Below, piece after piece: positions 1 through 12,812 of a DNA stretch of 64,000 nt; position 1 is the stretch's first letter, and each line of letters starts with the position of its first letter. The notes beneath the pieces were generated by a model, which worked only from the letters and a program-made list of their open reading frames with translations, was not told the origin of the DNA and made no database searches. Source of the DNA: Paraphysomonas bandaiensis (lineage: Eukaryota > Protista > Chrysophyceae); NCBI GenBank assembly GCA_965644295.1, contig CBFFRP010000451.1:1-64000 (forward strand), written 5' to 3'. The position numbers were made by a program, and so were the translations under genes.

Positions 1-1830
1 GAGTACTGGGGCTCTCCTGACTGGTAGTAGGTAGTAGGTAGGGGTTGTCCAGGAGGGAGGCCTCGGTAGCCTACTGGGTGATGTCAAGAAGCTCACGGAA
101 GAATACATTACAGCATCCTCTGGGTCATTAGGGTCAAGCAAGGGATGAGTACTGGGGCTCTCCTGACTGGTAGTAGGTAGTAGGTAGGGGTTGTCCAGGA
201 GGGAGGCCTCGGTAGCCTACTGGGTGATGTCAAGAAGCTCACGGAAGAATACATTACAGCATCCTCTGGGTCATTAGGGTCAAGCAAGGGATGAGTACTG
301 GGGCTCTCCTGACTGGTAGTAGGTAGTAGGTAGGGGTTGTCCAGGAGGGAGGCCTCGGTAGCCTACTGGGTGATGTCAAGAAGCTCACGGAAGAATACAT
401 TACAGCATCCTCTGGGTCATTAGGGTCAAGCAAGGGATGAGTACTGGGGCTCTCCTGACTGGTAGTAGGTAGTAGGTAGGGGTTGTCCAGGAGGGAGGCC
501 TCGGTAGCCTACTGGGTGATGTCAAGAAGCTCACGGAAGAATACATTACAGCATCCTCTGGGTCATTAGGGTCAAGCAAGGGATGAGTACTGGGGCTCTC
601 CTGACTGGTAGTAGGTAGTAGGTAGGGGTTGTCCAGGAGGGAGGCCTCGGTAGCCTACTGGGTGATGTCAAGAAGCTCACGGAAGAATACATTACAGCAT
701 CCTCTGGGTCATTAGGGTCAAGCAAGGGATGAGTACTGGGGCTCTCCTGACTGGTAGTAGGTAGTAGGTAGGGGTTGTCCAGGAGGGAGGCCTCGGTAGC
801 CTACTGGGTGATGTCAAGAAGCTCACGGAAGAATACATTACAGCATCCTCTGGGTCATTAGGGTCAAGCAAGGGATGAGTACTGGGGCTCTCCTGACTGG
901 TAGTAGGTAGTAGGTAGGGGTTGTCCAGGAGGGAGGCCTCGGTAGCCTACTGGGTGATGTCAAGAAGCTCACGGAAGAATACATTACAGCATCCTCTGGG
1001 TCATTAGGGTCAAGCAAGGGATGAGTACTGGGGCTCTCCTGACTGGTAGTAGGTAGTAGGTAGGGGTTGTCCAGGAGGGAGGCCTCGGTAGCCTACTGGG
1101 TGATGTCAAGAAGCTCACGGAAGAATACATTACAGCATCCTCTGGGTCATTAGGGTCAAGCAAGGGATGAGTACTGGGGCTCTCCTGACTGGTAGTAGGT
1201 AGTAGGTAGGGGTTGTCCAGGAGGGAGGCCTCGGTAGCCTACTGGGTGATGTCAAGAAGCTCACGGAAGAATACATTACAGCATCCTCTGGGTCATTAGG
1301 GTCAAGCAAGGGATGAGTACTGGGGCTCTCCTGACTGGTAGTAGGTAGTAGGTAGGGGTTGTCCAGGAGGGAGGCCTCGGTAGCCTACTGGGTGATGTCA
1401 AGAAGCTCACGGAAGAATACATTACAGCATCCTCTGGGTCATTAGGGTCAAGCAAGGGATGAGTACTGGGGCTCTCCTGACTGGTAGTAGGTAGTAGGTA
1501 GGGGTTGTCCAGGAGGGAGGCCTCGGTAGCCTACTGGGTGATGTCAAGAAGCTCACGGAAGAATACATTACAGCATCCTCTGGGTCATTAGGGTCAAGCA
1601 AGGGATGAGTACTGGGGCTCTCCTGACTGGTAGTAGGTAGTAGGTAGGGGTTGTCCAGGAGGGAGGCCTCGGTAGCCTACTGGGTGATGTCAAGAAGCTC
1701 ACGGAAGAATACATTACAGCATCCTCTGGGTCATTAGGGTCAAGCAAGGGATGAGTACTGGGGCTCTCCTGACTGGTAGTAGGTAGTAGGTAGGGGTTGT
1801 CCAGGAGGGAGGCCTCGGTAGCCTACTGGG
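1..1830. repeat. Tandem array of a 146-bp unit, about 12.5 copies, running off the window start
   Basis: Unit GAGTACTGGGGCTCTCC...CAAGCAAGGGAT restarts at 1, 147, 293 ... 1753. No differences between copies seen by eye. The + strand is G-rich (51 G vs 27 C per unit). Confidence 0.97.
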
Positions 1831-1978
1831 GAAATGTAATATAGAATCATAATTTTTCATCTTACTAACGAGTTCCGTAGTAGCAACTGCAAAGAGAACG
1901 TGCCTTTTAACCAGCTGTAGTCGTGAAGTGTAGACTGTACGAAAAGGTAACAAGGGATTCTGTCCGTGTACGATCTGT

Positions 1979-2157
1979 AGCGTCCGTAATGAGTAGAACG
2001 AGTACCGTATTTCTCTCTGGGGACCCTCTGTTGATATGTATATACAGTGTAGTACGTGTGAGTACAAGCGTCCGTAATGAGTAGAACGAGTACCGTATTT
2101 TTCTCTCTGGGGACCCTCTGTTGATATGTATATACAGTGTAGTGCATGTGAGTACAA
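1979..2157. repeat. Local tandem duplication of ~88 bp
   Basis: AGCGTCCGTAATGAGTAGAACGAG...GTGAGTACA at 1979 and 2067. Degenerate GGACCCTCT fragments follow at ~2158 and ~2258. Confidence 0.9.
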
Positions 2158-2298
2158 GGACCCTCTTATTCTTTAATACATTGCCCCTCTGTTCAGTATA
2201 CATGCAACTGTATTTTCATATATATAGTATACTGCTGTATGTAGGATATGAGTATAAGGACCCTCTCTTCATTAGATAGGATATTAGGGCTGTTTCTC

Positions 2299-3995
2299 AG
2301 GATATTGTGTGTCTCACTATCGCCCCACGTATTCGATCAGGAGCACTTGCAGAGGTAAAGCCTGCTGTATATAAATGTGATGATGATGATAGTTAAGGCA
2401 ATAAGAAGCCTCTCTTTCACCTTCAACTGTTCACACTCATCACCACACAGTATACATATCATTCATTTGAAACTATATGAGTTCTCATTTGTGTTCTTAA
2501 TGTTAATCAGGGAACATCTATTTCTTTATACAGCAAGCATGCTACAATAGCTATACAATGTAATATTAAGCTTTTCAACGTCATGAGGATAAGCTACAAT
2601 TTAACCTAGGGATAAGGAGTATCGTCCCTTGTCAAAATTTTAAAACTCGGGCTTTTCGCCCTCGTTTCAAAAATTTTGAGCGCCCAGGCGATATAGCCCC
2701 TCCTGTGCCCGTGGTTAAATATAACTATATCTCCATTTGTCTCAAGCTAGATTTTTGAGTTGATTTTGTCTCAACAGGGCGCTCATATCGGCACCGGGCA
2801 AATATAGACATTCAACTTTAATATTTGGTTCAACACAAGCTCACTTCTATCTTAATTATGATAATGACAGTCATTATGTACGTGATTTCATTATATTACA
2901 CAATTGTAGAGAAAAAAATCATGAGTTAAATCATTAGAGATATATTATTCTACCCTTCGTCTAACGCTCATAATGGTGTCAGTGCAAGCGATCTAACTTC
3001 AAGAATGTTTCAGGAGAGTTGAAGTGTCATATCTCATATCTGATGCTGTATAGGTGGCTAAGGGCAGTAGCATCCAGTTCTTTCAGGGCTTGGGTCGCAT
3101 TGTGCTTATGAGGATACTGTGTACCTCATATCATACACACATCATTCAATCAGGTGCACAAGAAGAGGATGTTAAGCGCATTGTATATAAATGTGATGAT
3201 GATGCTAATTAAGGCAATGCCTTTCGCGCGACTACCACTGTTCACATTCATCATCACACTTATGTACGAATTTCAACACCTCGCAGTTGCCATTCCCTCA
3301 GTATCCTTCTGTGATAGGAGTGCATTTCGTTGTAGCTAATATATATATAAATTTGGGGGTTTATTGTTTGAGTTGATCTACAGATCTACAGTATAGTGCA
3401 ATTTCTATTCTCAAAGCATAATTCACATTATACAGTGCAGTATACACATTCAATATTATGTATTCTCATTTCTTTTTTCTTAATGTTAATCAGGAAACAC
3501 CTATTTCTTATTACAGAAAGCAAGCTGCTAATAGCTCTACAATCTAATATTATTAAGTTTTCAACATCATGAGGATAAGCTACAATTTAACCTATGGATA
3601 AGGAGTATCGTCCCTTGTCTATCTTTTCGCCCTCGTTTAAATATTTTGAGCGCGGGACTATATAGCCTCCTTATTGCCCGTGGTTAAATATAACTATATC
3701 CCCATTTTGTCTCAAAAAAAGTTTTCTTTGACCTCATATCAGCACCGGGCAAATATAGACTTTCAACTTCAATATTCGGTTCAACAGAAGCTCACTTCGA
3801 TTTTAATTGTGATATTGACAGTTATATGTACATGATTTCATTACAGGGCCTGGTAACCGTTAATGTGCGCCATTAATGGTAATGCCACTATATTTGCCGG
3901 GAACCGGACTACCATTAATGAAATTCATTATATTACACTATTGCAGAGAAACCACCCTTCTTCTGACTATATGTGGAAAAGATCATAATGATGTC
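2299..3995 (+). mobile_element. Head-to-tail array of repeat family A (~860-bp non-coding element with a long 3' hairpin)
   Basis: The 3' half, one full unit and a 5' part are joined at GGTTAAATATAACTATATC(C/T)CCATTT (~2728 and ~3698). Homologous to 58207-59070, 34545-34985 and, inverted, 62455-62880. Confidence 0.8.
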
Positions 3996-4872
3996 TGATG
4001 TCTAGATCTCAGAGAGAATTTGTCGTTAGACTAGATAGATTTATTAACATCGCTTACACTATAAGTTGTGATAAACAGCACAAACTCATTTTGTTTCACG
4101 CAATCTCCTATATATACGAACCTCTCATAACAAAACATATATATCTTGAAAGATCAAACTATTTCAGTTTCTCAATATCATCACAGCATTTGTACATCAC
4201 TATATTTCACTGTATTCTCGTACATTGTCTTCAAGTGACATTCTGAATATACTCCATATTCTAATACTCCCACTCAATGTAGAATGCAGTGAGAATTTGG
4301 TTAGGCATTAGTTGCCATGTGGCTACTACAATCGCCAGGATATATTTATTAATTGTTAATTGTCATTATAATTAGCGGGATAGGGCACGGATTAACAGAT
4401 TGATGGTTACCAGGCCCTACTTACTACCCCTTCCATTACAATAAGCTGTAATTAATGAATCGTACTCTTACACCTCTGTGTCCGGTATATAGACACTAAA
4501 GTATTTTACTTGATAATGGTCAGCAATTAACATCCACTGCTTCCAACAAATCTTAAAACGATAAGTAATAAGTGTTATAAGCGCTCTATTATTATTCCTA
4601 TCTACCATCTTTGATGTACTATGGTCTAATTACGATGAAGCTCAGCTTCAAATTTACTGTTGTAACTCAGCATATCAGCACATGCAGCAATAAACAATAA
4701 ACTGCAATAGTCCACTCACTCACTACGCAAATAAATGAGCGCCAACCAACTAAGGCAAGTACAATGTTTACACAAGAGAGCATAATCAAAACGTCAATTG
4801 ACACTGCGAATATGTTTCGATCATATAGGGCTATATGATCATTATTGTGACGTTTAGTCTGTCAGCACTCTC

Positions 4873-7800
4873 CTAGAAAGATGGTGGTACATCGGTCATA
4901 CTGCTAGTGGAATTATCAGAGGGAGTCCTAAAATATGCAAGTATCAATAATTAACACCAAAAACCACTGTACACCATACCTTGTGTACGGGTATGGGCGA
5001 GACGCGCCCGACTGCACAGAAGAGTCGTCTCCACAGGCTGCCGACTGACAGTAGTAATTACATATGACCGACAACACCTAAACTATGCTTACCCGGCGAT
5101 GGGGACAGTGCTTAGTGATAAAAGGATGCTTCAAAGCCGCTCGTGCAGTGATTCTTTCCCTGTAACACATCGTTGATCAAAATGAGATGGTAGTATCCTG
5201 TGGAACTCACTTTGGGTTCTTGTGAAGGAGTTGTTTGATCAACAAGCGGGCGTCTTCAGAAAGCTTATTCCACGTAGCTTGCGAGACTTTCAGTTCTCCC
5301 TACATGTAATCCATTAAACATAGACTAAAAACGTGTGTTTTACAGGTACCTGAATGGTACAACGGATAATCTCGTCGTGATTGGAACCATCAAAAGGCAA
5401 CTGTCAAAATTATCAATTGTCAGAACAGGATCCAAGCAATTCATGAGTACTCCACCTTTCCACAGAGCACGAGGAACATAATCACACCGACTGACCAGAG
5501 GTCCGCCTCTTGTCCATACCCCTGTTTACCATATCAGCAACATATATCAAATCGGAAAATGTAATACACGGGCCATATTACTCTACCTGCATGGTGAGGA
5601 CCTCTGGGGCAACATATGACAATGTTCCACACGCCGTGTCCATTCGCTCTTTCGGGAGTAACATCTTGTGACATGTCACTCTAATGAATACATTGTATTA
5701 TGACAAGTTACCTTTGACAAACCAAAGTCAGCGATCTTTATGTCCTCCAGGTTGTCTCCACAGAGTATATTTTCTGGTTTGATATCTCTGTGAACAATAC
5801 CCAAGTCATGAAGATATGCTACGCTCTCAAGTAAGGGTCGAATAAGCTTTGCCGCTTCCTCCTGAAAGAGTAGCCATTAAATTCACACCAAAAACATTGC
5901 TAGTGGTCACTATAACTACAACACAGTTTCAGCACAAACGCACCTCATTAAACCGGGGTCTCCCTACTATTCTCTCAAATAGTTCACCTCCAGTCAACTT
6001 CTCCATTACAATATACATATGTGTCCTGAAAATATAATGTCAAACTCTGATCCAAATAAGAGTTGCATGGGCTTACTTGGTCTCGTAGATTCCTTCCATC
6101 TTGATAATATTAGGGTGGTTGACAAGCTTAAGAACAGCTATCTCAGTGCGGAGTAACGCTTTCTCTTCTGGCTCAATGCTTGCCTTCTCGATAATCTTGA
6201 CAGCATACCTCGTACCCCTAACTTTGTGCACACATTCGCATACCCTGCTGAACCGACCGCGTCCAAGCTCTTTGCCTATGACGTAGTCTTCTTCTATAGG
6301 TACCACCTGGTGGAGCACAGCAGGTAAGGAATAAACCACCTCATATGAAACACGAGAAGTTAGCATACCTGAGCAGCATGCTGCATCTTAGTCAGCCATT
6401 GTTCTCTTTCCGACTCGGAGCGGCAATACAGCAATCGACTCTCATGCCTATGACCTCACAATTACGAACAGCGTTACAACATACAAACGCATCGTACTTA
6501 TAGTGCTCCCCCGTGCAGAGGTCCTGATGAAGTAGTTCCAGACCGTAGTAACCTTTCAATTCACTAGCTTCTTCATTCACCTGAATCCGCGTTACAACTT
6601 GAAGCAAGCAAAATGTACTACAACATACCTTCTCGCATATACATCCAGTGAGAAAAATAACCCCTCTAGGGCGAACGTCTTTTCGATGGGCGTAGTAGTA
6701 CATGCAATTCCCTGCGGACACATTTTAAACCGCAACAACATATATTATATACACTCACCGGATAACACATACCACCTCTTACTCCATAGGTGCAGCATAT
6801 TCCCCCTCTTCCAGAGATAACCTTCCTTTGACACGACGTCCTTGTATATCTGTCGTTGACAGAAGTAAGTTTGAGCCAGATCTCACTATCGTCAACAGAC
6901 TTACATCTTCCGTCGTGAGTCTGGGAATCTCTACAAAGCCCCCGTACTCCTTGTCTATTATGTGCTGCAGAGACTGCCGAAGAGACTCATTATGTGTCAG
7001 CTCTAAAGCTTGACAAAGGAGCTGACGACAGTGTTCCTCCGTCTCTTCGTCATAGTGAACATCTCCACCGTCGACAGATGGCGAGTTGGATATGCGTCTA
7101 TTCCCAGCCCCGGAAACACTGTTACTTAGGAATAATAAATTATGGCTAAACGAAAAGACAACCACACAGTACAAATCAGCATCACTTACCCCATCTGAAA
7201 GGAATCCGATCTAGGCATGGGAGACTTAGACTCGACACCAGTGTCATGTGCCCTATGAAACCTGGCAATTACGCTATCTGTGGATGACGTGCGGTGGGTG
7301 CGCGTGAACGCCCCACTAGATGGACGTGGCATCTGTTACAACGACAAACACATTACAAAGAGCTATAAGCAAGCTATCGCTAAGTATATATAGTTAACAC
7401 AACCATATCACAACCGAGTTGATGAACTCAATTGTACAACTGAAATATATATATGGCCTTACCGATCCGGAGGGTACACGAGTGAGTGTATCGAATTGAG
7501 CTGAATGTGATCGGAGCATTGAGGAGGACCTTGTCCTGCAGCAACACACACATCACTTCCAGAAATATGACCATAATTACATACTTTTGTGTGATAGGAA
7601 GTGCGTCTTTCTGAGAGTGACTCGTGTGATGCTACGAGCGAACTACATCAACATGTAGGAATCAAAAATAGTCCGAACTACCTTGTCGCCAACAAATGGT
7701 AAAATACTATCAAAGTATGCGACGATGGAAGGCGTCCTTTGAACCCACCTACACACACTCATCAGCCTTTCATGAAAAGCACATGTTGCGGCTACCTACA

Positions 7801-8936
7801 TTTTGAATTCCTCATATTTCAACCTCCCCTCATGGTTCAAATCACATTCCTAAAGCCCCCAAGGAGCGTTAATGAGTTTTGTGTATTAACAAGTCCCTAC
7901 CGCAAAGGCTTTCTCAACAATATCATGGTTTGTGTATGCATCAACATCTTCGTAGTCATGGTCATCGACCACAGGAGTGACATCCCCAGCAGTGTGCATA
8001 CCAGAGGCAACAGATGACGACTCTAAAGGATGGACTTTTAAAACAGCACAGCTTATAACTACATAAATGACAATACAAAAGCGAAACGCACAACAACAGC
8101 AGGTTGTGTGTGCGTACCGTCACTCTTCTGTAGAACCGAGAGAGCATCCGAATCGTGTGGAGGAGGGGAAGTAGTTTTGCCATTGGAAGATCCCGAGTGA
8201 TTGGATTGTACAGAACCGTTTTCGTAGTTGGATTGATCTGTGTCGTCCAGTATATGGATTGCAGATCGGTTCATACGATTCATACCCAGTACAGATTTTG
8301 GGACTGCAATATCGAGAAATAAATATATGGGAATGTGCAAAGTTCAACGGCTAACCGTGGTTGAGCAATGTGGTCAATTCTTCCTTCGAAACGGTGTTGT
8401 CATGTGAAGTATCATACATATTAAATATGAAGTGGATCTTCTCATCCACCGTGCCCCTAAAAAATGGGGTCGTAATGATCGCATTCTTAACAGTACATAT
8501 GATACCTAGAGCACACAGAAAGACCAGTGATGAACTCATCAAGATCAATCAAACCATTCCCTTTCACATCAAACTGTGCAAAAAGACGATCTATAATAAA
8601 ATCCATATATTAAATCCATACAAACTATCGAGTCATATGTATTCACCTCCCAATAGTCCACTCAGAGGAAAGTACTGTTGAAAGGTCTCTTTATCAATAC
8701 CTTTCCCATGATTTCTCTCCGCTAAATCCTACACATCAACACATGATCCATCTATGACTGATAGTTTATCATATTTACCGTCCAAGTAGCCCGTAATATA
8801 TGTAATTCGTCTTTATCGACTGTATATATACACATTACTCTGTATAGATGACGACATGGCGTATAATCACAGTACATTTATTAGCCGCCCGACGCGCCTC
8901 ACTGTGAATATGGCCTGGGGAGTTGGAATTTCCCAT
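4873..8936 (-). CDS. Multi-exon Ca2+-regulated Ser/Thr kinase: N-myristoylation motif, EF-hands, PH domain, C-terminal CAMK kinase (CDPK7-like architecture)
   Basis: Start MGNSNS. EF-hand [21 protein letters not shown] segments ...[17 protein letters not shown]. Kinase motifs [37 protein letters not shown]. The last exons splice in frame to TAG at 4873-4875. Confidence 0.88.
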
Positions 8937-9736
8937 GGTACCAATATACCTAACCGACGGGTTGGTTATATACTATAGCCTCTACTATGACCCTTCTATA
9001 GTGATGTGTATGTATGTATGTCTATATACACATAGGAATAACTCTCCCGTCCAGCCCATGTATGTATATGTATGTATGTATACTCTCCATATACATAATT
9101 TTATGGGAATGGTCTCACTTTAATGTGATTTTTCATAGACAAAAATCGTATAAATTCATATGAGAAAATCCATATACAAGAGAACAAAAAACCTCCATTC
9201 GTTTATAGTCATACAAAGCTTCAAACGACACTTAATTTTGGCCTGAAAAAAACACATTCATTTGCCAAATTTATGTCAACCAATCAAATTCTTCTCATTC
9301 GACGAAATTAGGCCACCATATTATGGTAATACCGTGGAGTACAGTTGAAGTTGTGTTGAGTTGGAAATACTGGAATACTGCTACTGTATAAGACTTGGAA
9401 AGTTCAATATAAGATGATCTTGTATGTGTATAGCAGTACAGCAGTACATACGAATCCCACACCAGTACAGCAGTGTTGTGTACGTCGTACTGATATACTA
9501 TAATTGTGGTGTATAGAGCAGTACATGTTGTATAGTACATTGTATAGCAGTACAATTTATATACTTACAATCGTAGTATAATATCGAGTGTACTTATATA
9601 CGTATAGTACTATATGGTGCTCTCTGTTCGTATAGGCAGTCCAGCAGTATGTATGTCTAGTTTCTAGATATGATCATGACATGGACTCAACTTACAACTC
9701 CATCATACACTCCAATCTACACACATACACCATAAA

Positions 9737-10812
9737 ATGAATGAAATCACCCCACAAAAACATGCTTACATCACAATGCTTACTGATGACAGTTTCTATC
9801 CCGGTATACAGGCTCTGTCTAAGTCTATCGGCTCTGTATCTCGTATACCCCTCTATGTACTCGTATCCCCTCATATATCACCCTCCACTCGAGTTAGACT
9901 CCAAACCCTCTGCTCAGGAGTCATAGAGGCTATGGAGATACCTAGTCCTTACGGGGAATCTACAGCCTCATGGTCAAACTCAGAGTTTATTAAGTTAAAC
10001 TTGTGGTTAGCTGATGCGTGTGTGTTCCATATGAAATCATAATGTAACAATAGGAACTTGACGTGCTTTGAAAAGATTGTTTACATTGATGCGGATGCTC
10101 TTGTCATTGATTGCATTGATGAGGTATCTTATATCAAAGTCACAGTCAAAGGTTCTGATCATGATTAGCTGTTCGATAGAGAATGCTCATTTGCTGCTTG
10201 TCCGGATGTCTTCCCTCCAGATAAGTTTAATGCAGGTAAGTGTGTATTTGTAAACAGTGGTTAAGTCATTTTCTGACATTACCTCTCAACAGGAGTAATG
10301 TTTCTAAAGCCTAATGAAAGTACTTTTTGGGATCTGCGCTCGAAACTTGGCCACCTGCCTAGTTACGATGGCGGTGATACTGGTGGATTAGTCGCATTTG
10401 TTAGTGTTGCTGAACCAACATGCGTGTATGCAGGCTATCTGAATGCTTATTTTTCGGATTGGTATAAGTGTGGAGCAGAGAGTAGGCTTCCTTTTGGCTA
10501 CAATGCTCAGCGTACTGTTTATTGGTTCACACACGACAAACAGCCCGGCTATTGGGACAGTATACGGCCATTAAAGGTACAGTGAATTCTGTGAATTTAT
10601 TACTGATTGATCTTGAATTTATGTGCAAGGATTCAATTATAACTGTTTGCTATTGTTCAGATTATTCACTATTGTAGCCAGCCAAAGCCGTGGGAAATAT
10701 CTATTGGAAATGTGAAAATAGGTTCGATATGCTGCTGACAGCTGTGTGCTGATTTAATTTTTTGTTAATAGGTGACTTGGAGTGGTTATGGTGGCAGAAA
10801 TTTATGTCTTAA
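9737..10812 (+). CDS. Glycosyltransferase family 8, glycogenin-like (multi-exon)
   Basis: AYITMLTDDSFYPG, KLNLW, KIVYIDAD (DxD), PDVFPPDKFNAG, SYDGGDTGYLN, IIHY...KPW. Stop TAA at 10810-10812. Confidence 0.88.
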
Positions 10813-11011
10813 TTTGTCCGAAATGTATAGGCAGTCACTTTCTCTTTGAAGTATGTGTTTGTAGAAACTATTTATTTAACATCAATAGACGTTACAGATG
10901 TTAATGACTAGACTACTTAGCTATACTTAGAATAGTTTACTCTAACAGTATTAAAAAGTTGTAATACACTCTATTTCATTAGTATTAAACTATACTCTAT
11001 TGTAGTATTTA

Positions 11012-12733
11012 GGGCTAACCATAAGTAATATCCATAAGTAGCTTTTTTTTCGTTTTTTTGTCCCCTCTCATAGGATAAGTACGGGATTTTGTTGTGCCAA
11101 CTGCAAAAAACTGTAACTGTTAAAACATCTCAACACTTGTGACACTTACATCTACACTGCTGATCAGTCAATTCAATATAAAATTAAAGTGCAGGTAATT
11201 GACATTAATTGCCACTTGCTGACAACTAACAATGGTTTCAGGAGCAACTCAAAAGCGCGCGAAAGGGACCAAAAGGAAGCGCACGAAAAAAGCTGCTGCC
11301 GACGCCTGTAAGCTTAGAGAGAGAAGACAATGGCGTTTGATTAATTTCGACAAAGAGTCATTCAAGCGGCCTCATGCTATACGCGAGAAACGCCATCTGT
11401 GTTTTAATGTGCGAAAAGGGGGTCAAAGGGCATCTCTTTTGGAGATTTTCTTGAAGTTTCTCCCTCCTGCCTTTGTCACGAAGATTGCATCGGAAATTCC
11501 TGAACATGAACTCAGATACTTCAATGGATGGACACTGCGGTTGTCTTTAAAAAAGATATATTGCATATTGGCTATTAAGATTCGAATTTATGGTGAGCAG
11601 TGTGTACCTGTTAGTGTCAAAGCACGGACCCGTCCTTTGCGCCTTCAAATCAAGGCGTTCAAGAAATATTTTGAGGAGAAATACCTCGTCAAGACGTTCG
11701 GAATCGTTGGTTGTGAACTTGTTTTGTCTCATTTTCTGGTTGATAGCACGTATCTGGAAGAGTTGTCAGCTAATTTTATGAGTATTATCAGGCATATTGG
11801 TACCTATGTTGCAGGGGACGAAAAGTTGCTTCGCTTTTTTGGTGAAAGTGATAATGTTCGTGTGGTTTTTAGCAAGCCTGATAGAGTGGGGCTGTGGTTC
11901 TATCAGCTAGCATCAATTTTGTCCAATGGTTTGTCCTACTTGTTGCATTTATGCCTACATGATGTTAGTAAATTAGACGAAGGGTCATTTCCGGTTTCTC
12001 AAGTGGTACAAATGTGGTGTCGACATGTACTAGATGGTCCTTATGTGGACAAAGACGTCGATACCTTGCTTGTCTTTGACTCGTTTTACCATTCTAGCTC
12101 AACTAGGGAATTCTTGAATCGACAAAACGTTAAGTACATTGGAGCCGTCCACCCTAATCGATTCAAGCTTCAAACGGATATGCTAAAGAAGAAGATACGC
12201 AAGGTGGGGGACTTTGCTGGCGTTTATAACAAGACTACGGGCGAGATAATTGTTCAGTACTATGCGAAGCCACAACATGGCCAAAAAGATGCTAAGATTA
12301 GGACTGCTATGAGCAATGCATACACACGATATGGTCGACGAGGTACTCATCACCATCGTCCTGCTATTGATGCGTACAAAAAGAAGTTTGGTGTATGCGA
12401 TTTGTTTAACCGACAGATCAAATACCGCATATGGCCGCACAAGCATGGGGGTAAAGGTGTTAAGGGTGAAAGGGGTAAGCAGGATTCCTTTGCGTTTGGC
12501 TGCATTTTGCAAAATACATTTAATGCCTATCGTGATATCAATGATATAACTAGTGAAGAATATGATTATCATAGCTTCTGTATGCAGCTAGCTGATCAAG
12601 TATATATGTACGCACTAGAACAGAGTACTGCTACTATATAACATAGCATTGCAAGACAACTACTTGATTGAATATAATAATGATACGATTAGTTTTTTGA
12701 GATCTACTTGTGGTTATCACTTGTGGTTAACCC
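11012..12733 (+). mobile_element. Apparently complete ~1.72-kb DNA transposon with 30-bp imperfect TIRs
   Basis: Left end GGGCTAACCATAAGTAATATCCATAAGTAG; reverse complement of right end GGGTTAACCACAAGTGATAACCACAAGTAG (25/30 identical). TA lies outside both ends. A single transposase ORF lies inside. Confidence 0.8.
11232..12641 (+). CDS. piggyBac/PGBD-like DDD transposase, 469 aa, intronless
   Basis: VAGDEKLLRFFG...KPDRVGL, VFDSFY, YIGAVHPNR and YKKKFGVCDLFNRQI follow the order of the piggyBac catalytic motifs. The N-terminus is basic and NLS-like. There is no C-terminal Cys-rich domain. Confidence 0.8.
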   Translation: MVSGATQKRAKGTKRKRTKKAAADACKLRERRQWRLINFDKESFKRPHAIREKRHLCFNVRKGGQRASLLEIFLKFLPPAFVTKIASEIPEHELRYFNGWTLRLSLKKIYCILAIKIRIYGEQCVPVSVKARTRPLRLQIKAFKKYFEEKYLVKTFGIVGCELVLSHFLVDSTYLEELSANFMSIIRHIGTYVAGDEKLLRFFGESDNVRVVFSKPDRVGLWFYQLASILSNGLSYLLHLCLHDVSKLDEGSFPVSQVVQMWCRHVLDGPYVDKDVDTLLVFDSFYHSSSTREFLNRQNVKYIGAVHPNRFKLQTDMLKKKIRKVGDFAGVYNKTTGEIIVQYYAKPQHGQKDAKIRTAMSNAYTRYGRRGTHHHRPAIDAYKKKFGVCDLFNRQIKYRIWPHKHGGKGVKGERGKQDSFAFGCILQNTFNAYRDINDITSEEYDYHSFCMQLADQVYMYALEQSTATI

Positions 12734-12812
12734 TAATTATTCATTACTTCAAAGTAATCTATTTTTTATGTTGTTGAACTGTAACGTATTTAATAACTTC
12801 CATGCAATTAAT

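Noticed and set aside
1-1830. 146-bp array as a CRISPR array, 5S rDNA, spliced-leader array or telomere
   Set aside because: There are no variable spacers. It has only a faint AAGCA.GG..AGTACT resemblance to 5S and no Sm site. It has one TTAGGG per unit, and the G-rich strand points the wrong way for a left chromosome end.
3844-4418. Single hAT-like MITE bounded by AGGGCCTGGTAACC / GGTTACCAGGCCCT
   Set aside because: The 14-bp inverted match is real, but there is no shared TSD and family A sequence resumes at ~3923 inside it. These are more likely two separate end fragments (a similar end lies at ~33095).
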